Shown: positions 48,596 through 58,406, counted from the stretch's first letter. The stretch: 59,060 nt of DNA from an uncultured Lachnospiraceae bacterium (GCA_946637865.1 CAMPBM010000001.1:1-59060); one strand, 5' to 3'. The notes: a model not told the origin generated them from the sequence alone. A program made the numbers and translations.

Positions 48596-49057
48596 TTAAT
48601 CTATTGCAATTTGCTTAAATCTTTTTAAAAAGCTCTTTTTTAATGATTTCTCCAATGGTTTTTTAACTGTCCTAGGCATTTTCTCATATTCTATTTGCTT
48701 TTTTATTCTTTCTAGTTCCTTTAATATTGCATCATAGTTTAATAACGGTTTTTTAATAAAACCATCTATAATATCAACATTTACATATTCTTCCCCACCT
48801 GCACTAATAACAAGAAATTTGGGCAAACTGCATTTATTTTTATATTCCTTTATTATTTCTAATCCAGATGGGATACCATTTCTCATTAAATCTGTTATTA
48901 CAATTTCTGGCTTTTCACTTTCAATTAGCCTACGTTCCTCCTCATCCGAGTATGCACTGCCTAAAACCTCGATTTCTTCATACTTCTTTAGATTTTCCCT
49001 CATAACGCTATTTATTATTTTATTATCATCTGCAATAATCACTTTGATTTTTACCAT
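48596..49057 (-). CDS. Single-domain response regulator (receiver only)
   Basis: IIADDN, ITDLMR, VISAGG and IKKP give the receiver acidic pocket, phospho-Asp, Ser and Lys positions. No output domain. Confidence 0.75.
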   Translation of the reverse strand: MVKIKVIIADDNKIINSVMRENLKKYEEIEVLGSAYSDEEERRLIESEKPEIVITDLMRNGIPSGLEIIKEYKNKCSLPKFLVISAGGEEYVNVDIIDGFIKKPLLNYDAILKELERIKKQIEYEKMPRTVKKPLEKSLKKSFLKRFKQIAID

Positions 49058-49131
49058 ATCTTCAACCCCTTTACTAATTTTGTATATTATTTTATTACTT
49101 TGATATTTTACACCATTCTACATGAAAAATT

Positions 49132-49148
49132 TGTCGAAATTTGTCGAA
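49132..49148 (+). promoter_or_regulatory. Two direct TGTCGAA Spo0A-box heptamers spaced 10 bp apart
   Basis: TTTGTCGAAATTTGTCGAATA, 75-90 nt upstream of the receiver gene start at 49057. Confidence 0.5.
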
Positions 49149-49237
49149 TATATAAATTTATTTTAATTAATTGGTAAAAATATACTTTTTTACTTTCCTG
49201 ATATTGGAAACAAAGTAGACCATTCCTAAATGCCTCA

Positions 49238-49312
49238 TTTTTGAAACAAAACAAGACCGTCCCCAAATGTTTCATTTTTGAAACAAAACAGGACCGTCCC
49301 CAAATGTTTCAA
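49238..49312. repeat. Two tandem D-type units, each a hairpin TGAAACA...GACCGTCCCCAAATGTTTCA
   Basis: TTTTTGAAACAAAACAAGACCGTCCCCAAATGTTTCA, then a second copy with one substitution (A to G). Confidence 0.8.
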
Positions 49313-49313
49313 A

Positions 49314-49361
49314 GCAAAAAAAGACCTTGCAAAGAAATCATTTAAAACTCCTTTGCAAGGC
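49314..49361 (-). terminator. Intrinsic terminator after the desulfoferrodoxin gene
   Basis: Minus strand GCCTTGCAAAG...CTTTGCAAGGTC followed by TTTTTTT. Confidence 0.7.
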
Positions 49362-49376
49362 TTATATCTTTATTTA

Positions 49377-49769
49377 CTATTCGACATCAATCTTCCATAG
49401 TCCATGTTTATTACAATAAGCATATACCGTAGACCCTGGGATATATTTACAATGTGCAGCTACTTCTTCTCCAGCTTTAAAATAAGTTGTAACCTCTTTT
49501 CCATCAGAAACAATGCTAACCCACTCAATGTAATGTTCGTCTTCCATTACATGATTAACCTTAACAAATATTTTTCCATCCTTGACTTCATAAGTTGGAA
49601 CATGTTTCTCAATTGCAGCATCAACAGAATTTGGCTCTAGCACTGCCATTTTTTCGCCACAGCACTTTATTCCACAATCTTCTCCACACTTGCAATCTTC
49701 TATAACCTTAACCATAGCTCCACACTTCATACATTTTTTTATTAATAATTCTCTCTTCATAAAAATCAT
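49377..49769 (-). CDS. dfx: Desulfoferrodoxin (superoxide reductase)
   Basis: N-terminal Cys cluster CMKCG...CCGE, then EKHVP, MEDEHYIEW and CNKHGLW centre II ligand contexts. Confidence 0.85.
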   Translation of the reverse strand: MIFMKRELLIKKCMKCGAMVKVIEDCKCGEDCGIKCCGEKMAVLEPNSVDAAIEKHVPTYEVKDGKIFVKVNHVMEDEHYIEWVSIVSDGKEVTTYFKAGEEVAAHCKYIPGSTVYAYCNKHGLWKIDVE

Positions 49770-49858
49770 CCTTTCACTTTAATATGAGTTCATTATAACA
49801 CTCACTCAAACAATACGCAAACGCTTTTATTTAAATTTTTTACGTTCTATGAAACTAC

Positions 49859-50020
49859 GTTACAGGTTCAGGTGCCCATAATGTTGATGAAATATATTAA
49901 TACGAAGTGGAGTGCGCAGTTTGGCGCTCCCACCTAACGTCTTTTTCACATATCATAGCGCCAGCAAACGAACGGAGTATTAATATATTTCATCAACATT
50001 ATGGGCACCTGAATTGTAAC
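49859..50020 (+). mobile_element. 162-nt hairpin MITE, family B, second copy
   Basis: Identical to 22501-22661 except for one extra G at position 7. 8-bp duplication GAAACTAC at 49851-49858 and 50021-50028. Confidence 0.9.
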
Positions 50021-50024
50021 GAAA

Positions 50025-52667
50025 CTACATGTTACTTAACCTTTCCACCGTATTTTTCAACATTTCCTCATATTTAGCAAGTTTTTCCTTCTCCTCATTA
50101 ATCTTGCTTTCAGGAGCCTTACTTACAAAGCCTTGATTAGAAAGCATCTTCTTTGCTCTTTCTACCTCCGCTTCCAATCTTGTTTTTTCGTTTTCTAACC
50201 TCTCTTTTTCAGCTTCAATATCTACTAAATCCTCAAACGGAATATACAACTCTAAATCAGCTTGCATTATTGAAATTGCATTTGATGGAATATTTTCTTT
50301 ATTATTTTGAACAACTATCTCATCTCCAAAGGCTAATTTCTGTAGGAAAGTTTTACTTTGATTAATCAAATCCTCATATTTTTCAGTTACAAATAACAAT
50401 TTAGCTTTTTTTGATGGATGAACATTCATATTATTTCTAATATTTCTTACCTCTCCAATAATAGCTTTTAATATTTCAATCTCATTTTCCTCTGCTTCAA
50501 AATTTAAATCCATACTATATTTAGGCCATGCTGATGTCATTATTGTTTCATCATTATTATATAACTTTGTATAGATTTCCTCTGTTACAAAAGGCATTAT
50601 TGGATGTAGCATTTTCAAACTATACTCTAAAACTGTGTTTAATGTGTATTGTGCTTCTCTTCTAGTGCTACACTCTTTGTCATATAAACGAGGTTTAACC
50701 ATTTCAATATACCAGTCACAGAACTCGTTCCATATAAAATCATATATTTTCTGCGTAGCAACTCCTAAGTCATAATTATCTATGTTAGTAGCCATTTCTT
50801 GCGCTAACCTGTTAGCTTTTGAAATAATCCACTTATCTTCTTTGCATAGTTTTTCTATGTTATATTTTTCATCATAATCCTCTAGATTCATCAGTACAAA
50901 CTTTGAAGCATTCCATAATTTATTTGCAAAATTTGCACCCTGCTCCACCTTTGCAGGAATGTATCTTATATCATTTCCAAAAGAAATACCCAAAACCAAA
51001 GAGAATCTTAATGCATCTGCACCGTATTCAGCAATTACATCTAGTGGATCTACACCGTTTCCCAAAGTTTTACTCATCTTTCTACCTTGGTCATCTCTAA
51101 CCATTCCATGAATTATTATATCAGAGAACGGCTTTTTACCAACATATTCTAGACCTGAGAAAATCATTCTTGAAATCCACAAAGAAATAATTTCATAACC
51201 AGTTACAATAGTATTTGTAGGATAGAAAGTTTCTAAGTCCTCTGTTTTTTCAGGCCAACCTAATGTAGAAAAAGGCCATAAAGCTGAACTAAACCAAGTA
51301 TCTAATGTATCTGGATCTTGTGTTAACTTAGTATTACCACATTTAGAGCATGCATCTGGCATACTTCTAGAAACGTGTATTTCCCCACAATTATCGCAAT
51401 AATACGCTGGTATTCTATGTCCCCAATATAATTGTCTTGAGATACACCAATCTTGTAAATTTTCCATCCAGTTGAAGTAGGTTTTATCATATTTATTAGG
51501 AATAAACCTAATATCCCCGTTTCTTACTGCTTCAATAGCTGGTTTTGCAAGCTCTCCCATTTTTACAAACCATTGGTCTGAAATTGTTGGTTCTATAGTT
51601 GTCTTGCATCTCTCGCATTTTGCTACATTATGTGTATAGTCTTCTATTTTCACTAAATATCCTTGTTCTTCAAGCATTTTAACTATAATTGGTCTTGCTT
51701 CATACGCATTCATTCCTGCTACTTCTGGAATTAAATCGTTCATTATTAAATTACTATCAAACACTTCTACAAACTCCAAATTATTCTTCAAGCCTGCTTG
51801 ATAGTCGTTTGGATCGTGGCAAGGTGTTAATTTAACACAACCTGTTCCAAATTCCATATCTACAAAAGGATCAGCAATAATTGGAATTTCTTTATTCATT
51901 ATCGGCAAAATACATTTCTTCCCAATAAGATGTTTGAATCTCTCATCCTTTGGATTTACAGCAACACCAGTATCTCCTAGCATTGTTTCTGGTCTTGTTG
52001 TAGCTACTACTAAATACTCATCACTTTCGGTGTCGCTAGTTTTTATTGGATATTTAATATGCCAAATATGTGATGCTTCTTCTTTATACTCTACCTCTGC
52101 ATCTGAAATTGATGTTTTACAATTTGGACACCAGTTTATCATCCTTTTTCCTTTATAAATATATCCTTTTTCGTATAGTCTAAAGAATACCTCTTCAACT
52201 GCATTTGATAGTCCCTCATCCATGGTAAAACGACTTCTTGACCAATCACAAGAACATCCCATTTTACGTTGTTGTTTCTGTATTGTACCACCATATAGAT
52301 GTGTCCATTCCCAAGCTTTTTCAAGAAACTGCTCTCTAGTTAAATCTGATTTTTTTATTCCTTTCTCACGTAAACTTTGAACAACCTTCATTTCTGTTGA
52401 GATAGCAGCATGATCCGTACCTGGTAGCCAAAGCGTATTAAAACCTTGCATTCTCTTGTATCTTATTAAAAAATCTTGAATTGATGCATCTAGTGCATGT
52501 CCCATATGTAACTTACCTGTAACATTTGGAGGTGGCATCATAATACAATAACTCTCAGAATTTTTATCCATACTTGGTTTAAAATATCCGCTCTCCTCCC
52601 ACTTTTTATATAAAATATCTTCGAAATCTTTTGGATTATATTTGTCATTTAATTCATGTTTCATCAT
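50025..52667 (-). CDS. valS: Valine--tRNA ligase
   Basis: 880 aa. HIGH-type GKLHMGHAL, KMSKTLGN, C-terminal coiled coil. Confidence 0.95.
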   Translation of the reverse strand: MMKHELNDKYNPKDFEDILYKKWEESGYFKPSMDKNSESYCIMMPPPNVTGKLHMGHALDASIQDFLIRYKRMQGFNTLWLPGTDHAAISTEMKVVQSLREKGIKKSDLTREQFLEKAWEWTHLYGGTIQKQQRKMGCSCDWSRSRFTMDEGLSNAVEEVFFRLYEKGYIYKGKRMINWCPNCKTSISDAEVEYKEEASHIWHIKYPIKTSDTESDEYLVVATTRPETMLGDTGVAVNPKDERFKHLIGKKCILPIMNKEIPIIADPFVDMEFGTGCVKLTPCHDPNDYQAGLKNNLEFVEVFDSNLIMNDLIPEVAGMNAYEARPIIVKMLEEQGYLVKIEDYTHNVAKCERCKTTIEPTISDQWFVKMGELAKPAIEAVRNGDIRFIPNKYDKTYFNWMENLQDWCISRQLYWGHRIPAYYCDNCGEIHVSRSMPDACSKCGNTKLTQDPDTLDTWFSSALWPFSTLGWPEKTEDLETFYPTNTIVTGYEIISLWISRMIFSGLEYVGKKPFSDIIIHGMVRDDQGRKMSKTLGNGVDPLDVIAEYGADALRFSLVLGISFGNDIRYIPAKVEQGANFANKLWNASKFVLMNLEDYDEKYNIEKLCKEDKWIISKANRLAQEMATNIDNYDLGVATQKIYDFIWNEFCDWYIEMVKPRLYDKECSTRREAQYTLNTVLEYSLKMLHPIMPFVTEEIYTKLYNNDETIMTSAWPKYSMDLNFEAEENEIEILKAIIGEVRNIRNNMNVHPSKKAKLLFVTEKYEDLINQSKTFLQKLAFGDEIVVQNNKENIPSNAISIMQADLELYIPFEDLVDIEAEKERLENEKTRLEAEVERAKKMLSNQGFVSKAPESKINEEKEKLAKYEEMLKNTVERLSNM

Positions 52668-52690
52668 ACTATTCCTCCTTAAAAAATTAA

Positions 52691-52757
52691 GAAAATCTTC
52701 GATTTTCTTTGGAGCACATTATGCTCCACTACGAATGGGGTAACTTTCCTATTGTAC
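52691..52757 (+). repeat. E-type REP-like unit in the valS upstream region
   Basis: GAAAATCTTCGATTTTCTTTGGAGCACATTATGCTCCACTACGAATGGGGTAACTTTCCTATTGTAC. Confidence 0.8.
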
Positions 52758-52815
52758 AAAAAAGATAACTTCACCTAAAATTCTTAAAGGCGAAGTTTAT
52801 ACTTATGTTACCAAC

Positions 52816-53007
52816 TTACACTACAACTAGTACCCCTCCAACAATAGATACTAAAGCTCCAATTTTTTTCATTTTTTCGGTAACTTCATTTGTATCACTT
52901 TTGTTAAAAAATCTTTTAGTTAATCTTCTAGCATCATATACACATACAATTCCAACAGATACTATAATTAATCCTATTATTTTTAAAACAATTTTTCCAG
53001 TTTCCAT
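52816..53007 (-). CDS. Small two-TM membrane protein
   Basis: 63 aa with two hydrophobic helices flanking a basic loop. Confidence 0.4.
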   Translation of the reverse strand: METGKIVLKIIGLIIVSVGIVCVYDARRLTKRFFNKSDTNEVTEKMKKIGALVSIVGGVLVVV

Positions 53008-53040
53008 TTAAACCAACATCCTTTTTATAAAATATAAATT

Positions 53041-53916
53041 TTACTCTTCAAAAAACTCTACAGTATATTTGCACTCAAATGATTTCTTAGGGTCTAAATT
53101 TATAATTGATGTCTTTTCTGCAAAAATTCCACTTCCCTTTATAGAATCTGACATTCCATGCCATGGCTCTATACAAATAAATGGTGCTCCAGGTTTTGAC
53201 CAAACACCTAAATATGGAAATTCTGAGAAGTCAACCCTTAATACACTTTTCCCAGTCGACTTTCTTTTCAAATATACATTAGATGAGGTCATTCCTTTCA
53301 TTATAATTGCATCATTGCTAAAAGAGTTTTTATCTAGCGAAATCCTCCTTTTATCTTCTATAATATTCTTTGCATAATCTGTTCCTATTAGTCCATCTAC
53401 TAAATACATAAAATGGATTTTTTCTTCTTCCTCTTCAAATTCCAAATAGTAATCGCCATTCTTAAAAGCCTCCGCATCTACTTTAAATGCAGGATGCCCT
53501 CCTATACAAAAAGGCATATTCGTATTACTGGTATTTACTACTTTGTAAATTGTAGTTAGTTTATTTTCAAATATTCTATATGTCGTATATAATTCAAAAT
53601 TATATGGATATCTTGCTAAAGTATTTTTATTACTTTTTAACACATATGAATGAAAATTATTCAATTTCGTTACTGGCTCAAATTCTAAATCTCTTGCGAA
53701 ACCATGCTGGAACATCTCGTAAGTTTTAGCATTAATAATTGTTTGGTTTCTCTTCAATTTACCTACTATAGGAAATAACACGGGTGAGTGCCTTTTCCAA
53801 TAGACCTTTCCATTTTCATCTAAGCACTCTGCTCCTTGATGAATTCTCTCTTCACCATTTAACTTAAAGCTTAATAATTCTCCACCATATTTGGATGTTT
53901 CAATTTGAGTAAACAT
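53041..53916 (-). CDS. Aldose 1-epimerase family protein (LacX-like)
   Basis: Start at MFTQIETSKYGGELLSF after a GGAGAG RBS. GGHPAF and EPWHG segments fit the mutarotase-like fold. Confidence 0.7.
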   Translation of the reverse strand: MFTQIETSKYGGELLSFKLNGEERIHQGAECLDENGKVYWKRHSPVLFPIVGKLKRNQTIINAKTYEMFQHGFARDLEFEPVTKLNNFHSYVLKSNKNTLARYPYNFELYTTYRIFENKLTTIYKVVNTSNTNMPFCIGGHPAFKVDAEAFKNGDYYLEFEEEEEKIHFMYLVDGLIGTDYAKNIIEDKRRISLDKNSFSNDAIIMKGMTSSNVYLKRKSTGKSVLRVDFSEFPYLGVWSKPGAPFICIEPWHGMSDSIKGSGIFAEKTSIINLDPKKSFECKYTVEFFEE

Positions 53917-53999
53917 AAAATTAGACTCTCCTTTTTCTTTTTTCCCTATAATAATATGTTTTTTTTTCGAAAAAGTCAAGAGTTTTGCTGAATTTGAAG

Positions 54000-55547
54000 T
54001 TAATGGTGGGCATTTTCCATATCTAAATCGAAAAAGAACTCAATACCATCTGGCTTATTAACAGCACCATACTCATTCTTGTAATTATTCATAATAGCCT
54101 TAACAAAAGCCAAACCTATTCCAGTTCCACCTTTATCCCTATTTCTAGATGCATCCATTTTATAAAATCTCCCCCATATACGATGTAACTCATCAGCCTC
54201 TATGTTATCTCCTGTATTAAATACACTTATTCTAATTTTATTTTTCTCTGTATTCTCATTGATTTTTACTTCTATTTTTCTTTCACCATTAACCTCTTTA
54301 GAATATTTTATAGCATTCGTTATATAATTAGTTATTATTTGCTCAACATAAAAGCTATCTGCGTATGCAATAACATTGTCTTTGCTATCAAATATCACCT
54401 TAACGGAATTTTCCTCTAACATAACATTAGACTTTCGTATAACCTCATTTATCAACTCCACAATATTGAAATTTTCATTATTAAATTCACGTTTACCATA
54501 TTCCAATTTCATCAATTCCAATAACTGTTTAACCAATCTATCCATCTTATTTGCTTCGTCTAATATAACATCTGCATAGAATTTTCTTGATTCGTCATCA
54601 GCGTTAACATTTTCAACTAATCCTTCAGCATATCCTTGTATCAATGCGATTGGCGTTTTTAGTTCGTGAGAAACATCAGATATAAATTGCTTTCTCATCT
54701 CATCAATTCTAGATTTTTGTTCAATATCTTTTTCAAGTTCTGAATTGTTGACCGTCAGCTGTTTTATAGTCTTTTCCAACTTGTCAGACATCGTATTAAT
54801 GCTTCTTCCTAAATTATTTATCTCATCATCTGTATCACCAATTTGATATTTCTGTGAAAAATCTAAATTTGACATCTTTTGTGCAATAGCATCTAATTCT
54901 AATATTGGTGCCGTGAATTTTCTAGAAACAAATGAAGCAATAATACCAGATATAACTAAAACTGCTCCCCCTAAGGCTAATAGTACATTATTGGAAATTC
55001 TAGCACTTTCTTGTAAATCTGCCGTAGGAGTTCTCATATACAATTCTAAACCAGTATCTAACTTTGCGTGTGCTTCTATATATCCAATGTTAGTATCTTC
55101 CTCTTTCACTAGATTTATTTTTATATTTTCCTCTTTATGTAATAATTTATTATTAGCATTACTGTTATCAATATCACTAAAAAGTTTAGCTTCAGAACCT
55201 TCCTTAACTCGGTAATTATTTATTGCTAACATTACGATACTGTCATTTGATTTTATAACAATATCTAAATTATTTTTTATAGATATAATCTTTAAATTAT
55301 CTTCAATTTGCTCATATTGCGACGTACTATTAAACAATGTATTAATATCTTGATAAATGAGTTTTATTCCCTTTGTTTTATTATATAAATAAAATTTTTC
55401 TAATACAAAACTATTTACCAAAACCAATAATACTATTACTGCAGTAATTACTATACATAATGTAAAAAAAAGTTTCAACCTCACTGATTTAACAGCTTGT
55501 TTTATTTTCTCCATTTCATTATTTAATCTCAAATTTATATCCCACAC
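54000..55547 (-). CDS. Sensor histidine kinase (two TM, HAMP, HisKA, HATPase)
   Basis: H-box SHELKTPIA, N-box and G-box GTGIGLAF. The start may instead be the ATG at 55514. Confidence 0.85.
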   Translation of the reverse strand: MWDINLRLNNEMEKIKQAVKSVRLKLFFTLCIVITAVIVLLVLVNSFVLEKFYLYNKTKGIKLIYQDINTLFNSTSQYEQIEDNLKIISIKNNLDIVIKSNDSIVMLAINNYRVKEGSEAKLFSDIDNSNANNKLLHKEENIKINLVKEEDTNIGYIEAHAKLDTGLELYMRTPTADLQESARISNNVLLALGGAVLVISGIIASFVSRKFTAPILELDAIAQKMSNLDFSQKYQIGDTDDEINNLGRSINTMSDKLEKTIKQLTVNNSELEKDIEQKSRIDEMRKQFISDVSHELKTPIALIQGYAEGLVENVNADDESRKFYADVILDEANKMDRLVKQLLELMKLEYGKREFNNENFNIVELINEVIRKSNVMLEENSVKVIFDSKDNVIAYADSFYVEQIITNYITNAIKYSKEVNGERKIEVKINENTEKNKIRISVFNTGDNIEADELHRIWGRFYKMDASRNRDKGGTGIGLAFVKAIMNNYKNEYGAVNKPDGIEFFFDLDMENAHH

Positions 55548-56196
55548 CTCTCATAGTTTCTATATATTTACCTTTTTTTCCTAATTTATGTCTTATCTTT
55601 TTTATATGACTATCTATAGTTCTAGAATCGCCATAATAATCATAATTCCAAACATTGTTTAAAATTTTATCTCTTGATAATGCTATACCCTTGTTGTCTA
55701 CTAAAAATTTTAATAACTCATATTCTCTTAAACTTAATTCTATTACTTTTGAATCTACCTTAACAGTTCTTCCGTCAGTATCAATCTCGATACCTCCAAT
55801 ATCATAAACATTGCTTTTCTTAGGTGCTGTTCTCTTTAGCAATGCCTCAACCCTAGCCACAAGAATCTTTGGACTAAATGGTTTTGAAATATATTCATCC
55901 ACACCTAATTCAAATCCAAAAAGCTCATCCTGTTCTTCTCCTCTAGCTGTAAGCATAATAATTGGAATGTTTGACTTCTGCCTAATTTGCCTTAATACAG
56001 ACCATCCATCTAATTTTGGCATCATAACATCTAGTAGTATTAAATTGATTTTTTCTTGATTTTCTTCGAAAACTTTAATAGCATCTTCTCCATCAACAGC
56101 TTCCAATATTTTGTACTCTTTCTTCATTAAAAAATCTTTAATAAGCTTTCTCATTCTAGATTCATCATCAACAACTAAAATTGTTATCTCGTTCAT
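55519..56196 (-). CDS. OmpR-family response regulator
   Basis: VVDDE...LLDVMMP receiver and a winged-helix C-domain (RTIDSHIKKIRHKLG...TMRGVGYKF). Confidence 0.9.
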   Translation of the reverse strand: MNEITILVVDDESRMRKLIKDFLMKKEYKILEAVDGEDAIKVFEENQEKINLILLDVMMPKLDGWSVLRQIRQKSNIPIIMLTARGEEQDELFGFELGVDEYISKPFSPKILVARVEALLKRTAPKKSNVYDIGGIEIDTDGRTVKVDSKVIELSLREYELLKFLVDNKGIALSRDKILNNVWNYDYYGDSRTIDSHIKKIRHKLGKKGKYIETMRGVGYKFEIK

Positions 56197-56290
56197 AATT
56201 CCATCATTCCTTTTCTTTAATACTATTTATCATTATAAGACATTTATATGTCCAAAATGTGAATTCTATATAAAACTTTTTATAAAGGAG

Positions 56291-56319
56291 CTTAGATTGC
56301 TACAGATCAGCCTTAGATT
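56291..56319. repeat. Solo GTTACAG-like terminus (13 nt) flanked by the 8-bp direct repeat CTTAGATT
   Basis: CTTAGATT-GCTACAGATCAGC-CTTAGATT. The middle differs from the family A terminus GTTACAGGTCAGC at 2 positions. Confidence 0.5.
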
Positions 56320-56327
56320 AGTATATA

Positions 56328-56455
56328 ATTCTTTGGAGCACAATGTGCTCGTATAATCAATTATATAGAAAATAATCTATATAATTGATTATTTTTTATA
56401 TAATTGATTATACGAGTACATTGTGCTCCATTAAAATATTACTTTTCCATTGTAT
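56328..56455. repeat. E-type unit whose central hairpin is expanded by a nested palindrome
   Basis: GGAGCACAATGTGCTCGTATAATCAATTATATA ... TATATAATTGATTATACGAGTACATTGTGCTCC (33-bp arms, 1 mismatch), then the usual ...ATTACTTTTCCATTGTAT tail. Confidence 0.75.
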
Positions 56456-56467
56456 TAAAACTCAAAA

Positions 56468-57538
56468 TCATTCTTGACCCACAATTATATAACCCTTTTC
56501 GGATGTGGTTAAACTTTGAGCTTCTTGCTTACCTACAAAAATTGTGTCTTCGATTCTTACACCGAATCTACCTGTAATATATATTCCAGGCTCATCTGTA
56601 ACAATCATATTTTCCCTTAAAACGAAGTCATGTTTCGAATTAATAAAAGGATATTCATGAATATCTAAACCTACTCCATGTCCTAAACTATGCACCATTT
56701 GGGCTCCATGTAGTTTAAATTCACTATCAACGCTCTTTGAGATCAGTTTTATATTAGCTCCTGCCCTTAACTCTTCTAATACTCTTTTCTGATTATTTAA
56801 TACTAATTCATATACTGGTTTCATATGTGGTGGTACATGACCAGCAAATACTGTTCTAGTCATATCTGAACAATATCCATTATATGTGCACCCCATATCA
56901 ATTGTAATCGGATCACCAGCTTCAATTTTTCTATCTGTTGGAACTGCATGAGGCATCGAAGAATTTGGTCCTGACGCTACTATTGTATCGAAAGCTAGTC
57001 CATCTGCACCGTTCGTAAGAAAAAATTTATATATTTCAAAAGCTATTTCCTTTTCTGTCATTCCTATTTTTATAAAATCTTTTAAATACTCAAAACAATC
57101 ATCTGTAATTTTACAAGCTTTTTTTACACATTCTATTTCTTCTTCCGTTTTTATTATTCGCATTTTTTCAATTAACCCTTCTGTTTCAGCTAAGTTGTTA
57201 ATTTTATATTTATGCATATATTCTTTATATTGGGCATAAGTTAAATTTGCTTCTTCAAATCCAACATTTTCGCAAAAAATAAAAAAGTTTTCATAGTCTT
57301 CTTTGCTAAGCTCTTTAAAATCGCAAGTAACGATTTCATCATCAATTGTTAGCGCACTTTTTACTGCCTCCATGTATCTTCCATCTGTAATATAAATATT
57401 TTCACGTCTGGTTAAAAGCAGTACTCCTTCTGCATTAATATTAGTTAAATACCTTATATTTACTGGATTTGTTATTATCATCCCCTGTAAGTCTAAATTT
57501 TTTAACTTTTCTCTTAATAGTCTTATCCTATCATTCAT
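56468..57538 (-). CDS. Xaa-Pro aminopeptidase/dipeptidase (peptidase M24)
   Basis: Creatinase-like N-domain, HSLGHGVGLDIHE, EPGIY, VRIEDT metal-ligand contexts. Confidence 0.85.
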   Translation of the reverse strand: MNDRIRLLREKLKNLDLQGMIITNPVNIRYLTNINAEGVLLLTRRENIYITDGRYMEAVKSALTIDDEIVTCDFKELSKEDYENFFIFCENVGFEEANLTYAQYKEYMHKYKINNLAETEGLIEKMRIIKTEEEIECVKKACKITDDCFEYLKDFIKIGMTEKEIAFEIYKFFLTNGADGLAFDTIVASGPNSSMPHAVPTDRKIEAGDPITIDMGCTYNGYCSDMTRTVFAGHVPPHMKPVYELVLNNQKRVLEELRAGANIKLISKSVDSEFKLHGAQMVHSLGHGVGLDIHEYPFINSKHDFVLRENMIVTDEPGIYITGRFGVRIEDTIFVGKQEAQSLTTSEKGYIIVGQE

Positions 57539-57656
57539 ATTATCACCTTTTTCCTTCTATTAATAACGAAAGCCAAATTCTTTAAGTATTTTAACGTCTT
57601 TGTACTTTAAAGCTTGTAGTTTCGTAATTGAAATCTATTCTATTAACTTATATTTT

Positions 57657-58406
57657 TTATAATTTATATTTACCTAAGGTAAATATAAAAAACATCAATT
57701 TTATCCACATATCTAATGGTACAAACATAACTGCAAAAGTTGCTAAAACAATGAATGGACCAAATGGAATAAATTCAATTATTTCTTTCTTTTTTATTTT
57801 ACTCTTAGCTATCAACACCACACTAAAGATTGTAGCTATAAAAAACGAAAGAATAGATATTGCAATAATATTCCTCCATCCAAAAAATAAACCTAAAGCC
57901 CCCATTAACTTAACATCTCCAAAGCCCATGGTTTCTTTCTTGAATACCACATTGCCTATAAAAGTAAGCAATAAAAAAATTCCTGCCCCTAGCAACATTC
58001 CTAACCACATCTCTATTGCTATATTTATATTGTCTATTCCTCTTAGGAAGCTAAATATTACTCCTATTTCCAACATGGTTAATGTTAATCTATTTGGTAT
58101 AATTTGTAATTTTGAATCAATATAGAATACAGAAATTAGTAATGGTGTAAGTATAAGCATTTGTATTAACTGGATTTTATCTTCCATACCTATTACTCTT
58201 AACAAGGCAATATATAGTACACTCGTTATTATCATACATATATAATTTGCGTTAGAACTTTTTATATATTCTGTAATTCTTTCTATTGACACAACAGCTT
58301 TATGTTCTGGTAAATTTCTGTTTGCCAAGTCTACAAGCCTTCCCACTAAAAGACCTAATAAACCTGCACCTACATACCAAAAAATATGTATATTCGCTAT
58401 AAACAT
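57657..58406 (-). CDS. Prepilin peptidase (A24 family)
   Basis: Polytopic. MGFGDVKLMGALG aspartyl motif. Confidence 0.8.
   Translation of the reverse strand: MFIANIHIFWYVGAGLLGLLVGRLVDLANRNLPEHKAVVSIERITEYIKSSNANYICMIITSVLYIALLRVIGMEDKIQLIQMLILTPLLISVFYIDSKLQIIPNRLTLTMLEIGVIFSFLRGIDNINIAIEMWLGMLLGAGIFLLLTFIGNVVFKKETMGFGDVKLMGALGLFFGWRNIIAISILSFFIATIFSVVLIAKSKIKKKEIIEFIPFGPFIVLATFAVMFVPLDMWIKLMFFIFTLGKYKL

Noticed and set aside
52668-52815. Expected T-box leader upstream of valS (and likewise upstream of lysS at 19892-19970)
   Set aside because: The intergenic regions are too short (about 150 and 80 nt). I cannot find the conserved T-box sequence or a specifier/antiterminator layout. The valS leader is occupied by an E-type repeat instead.
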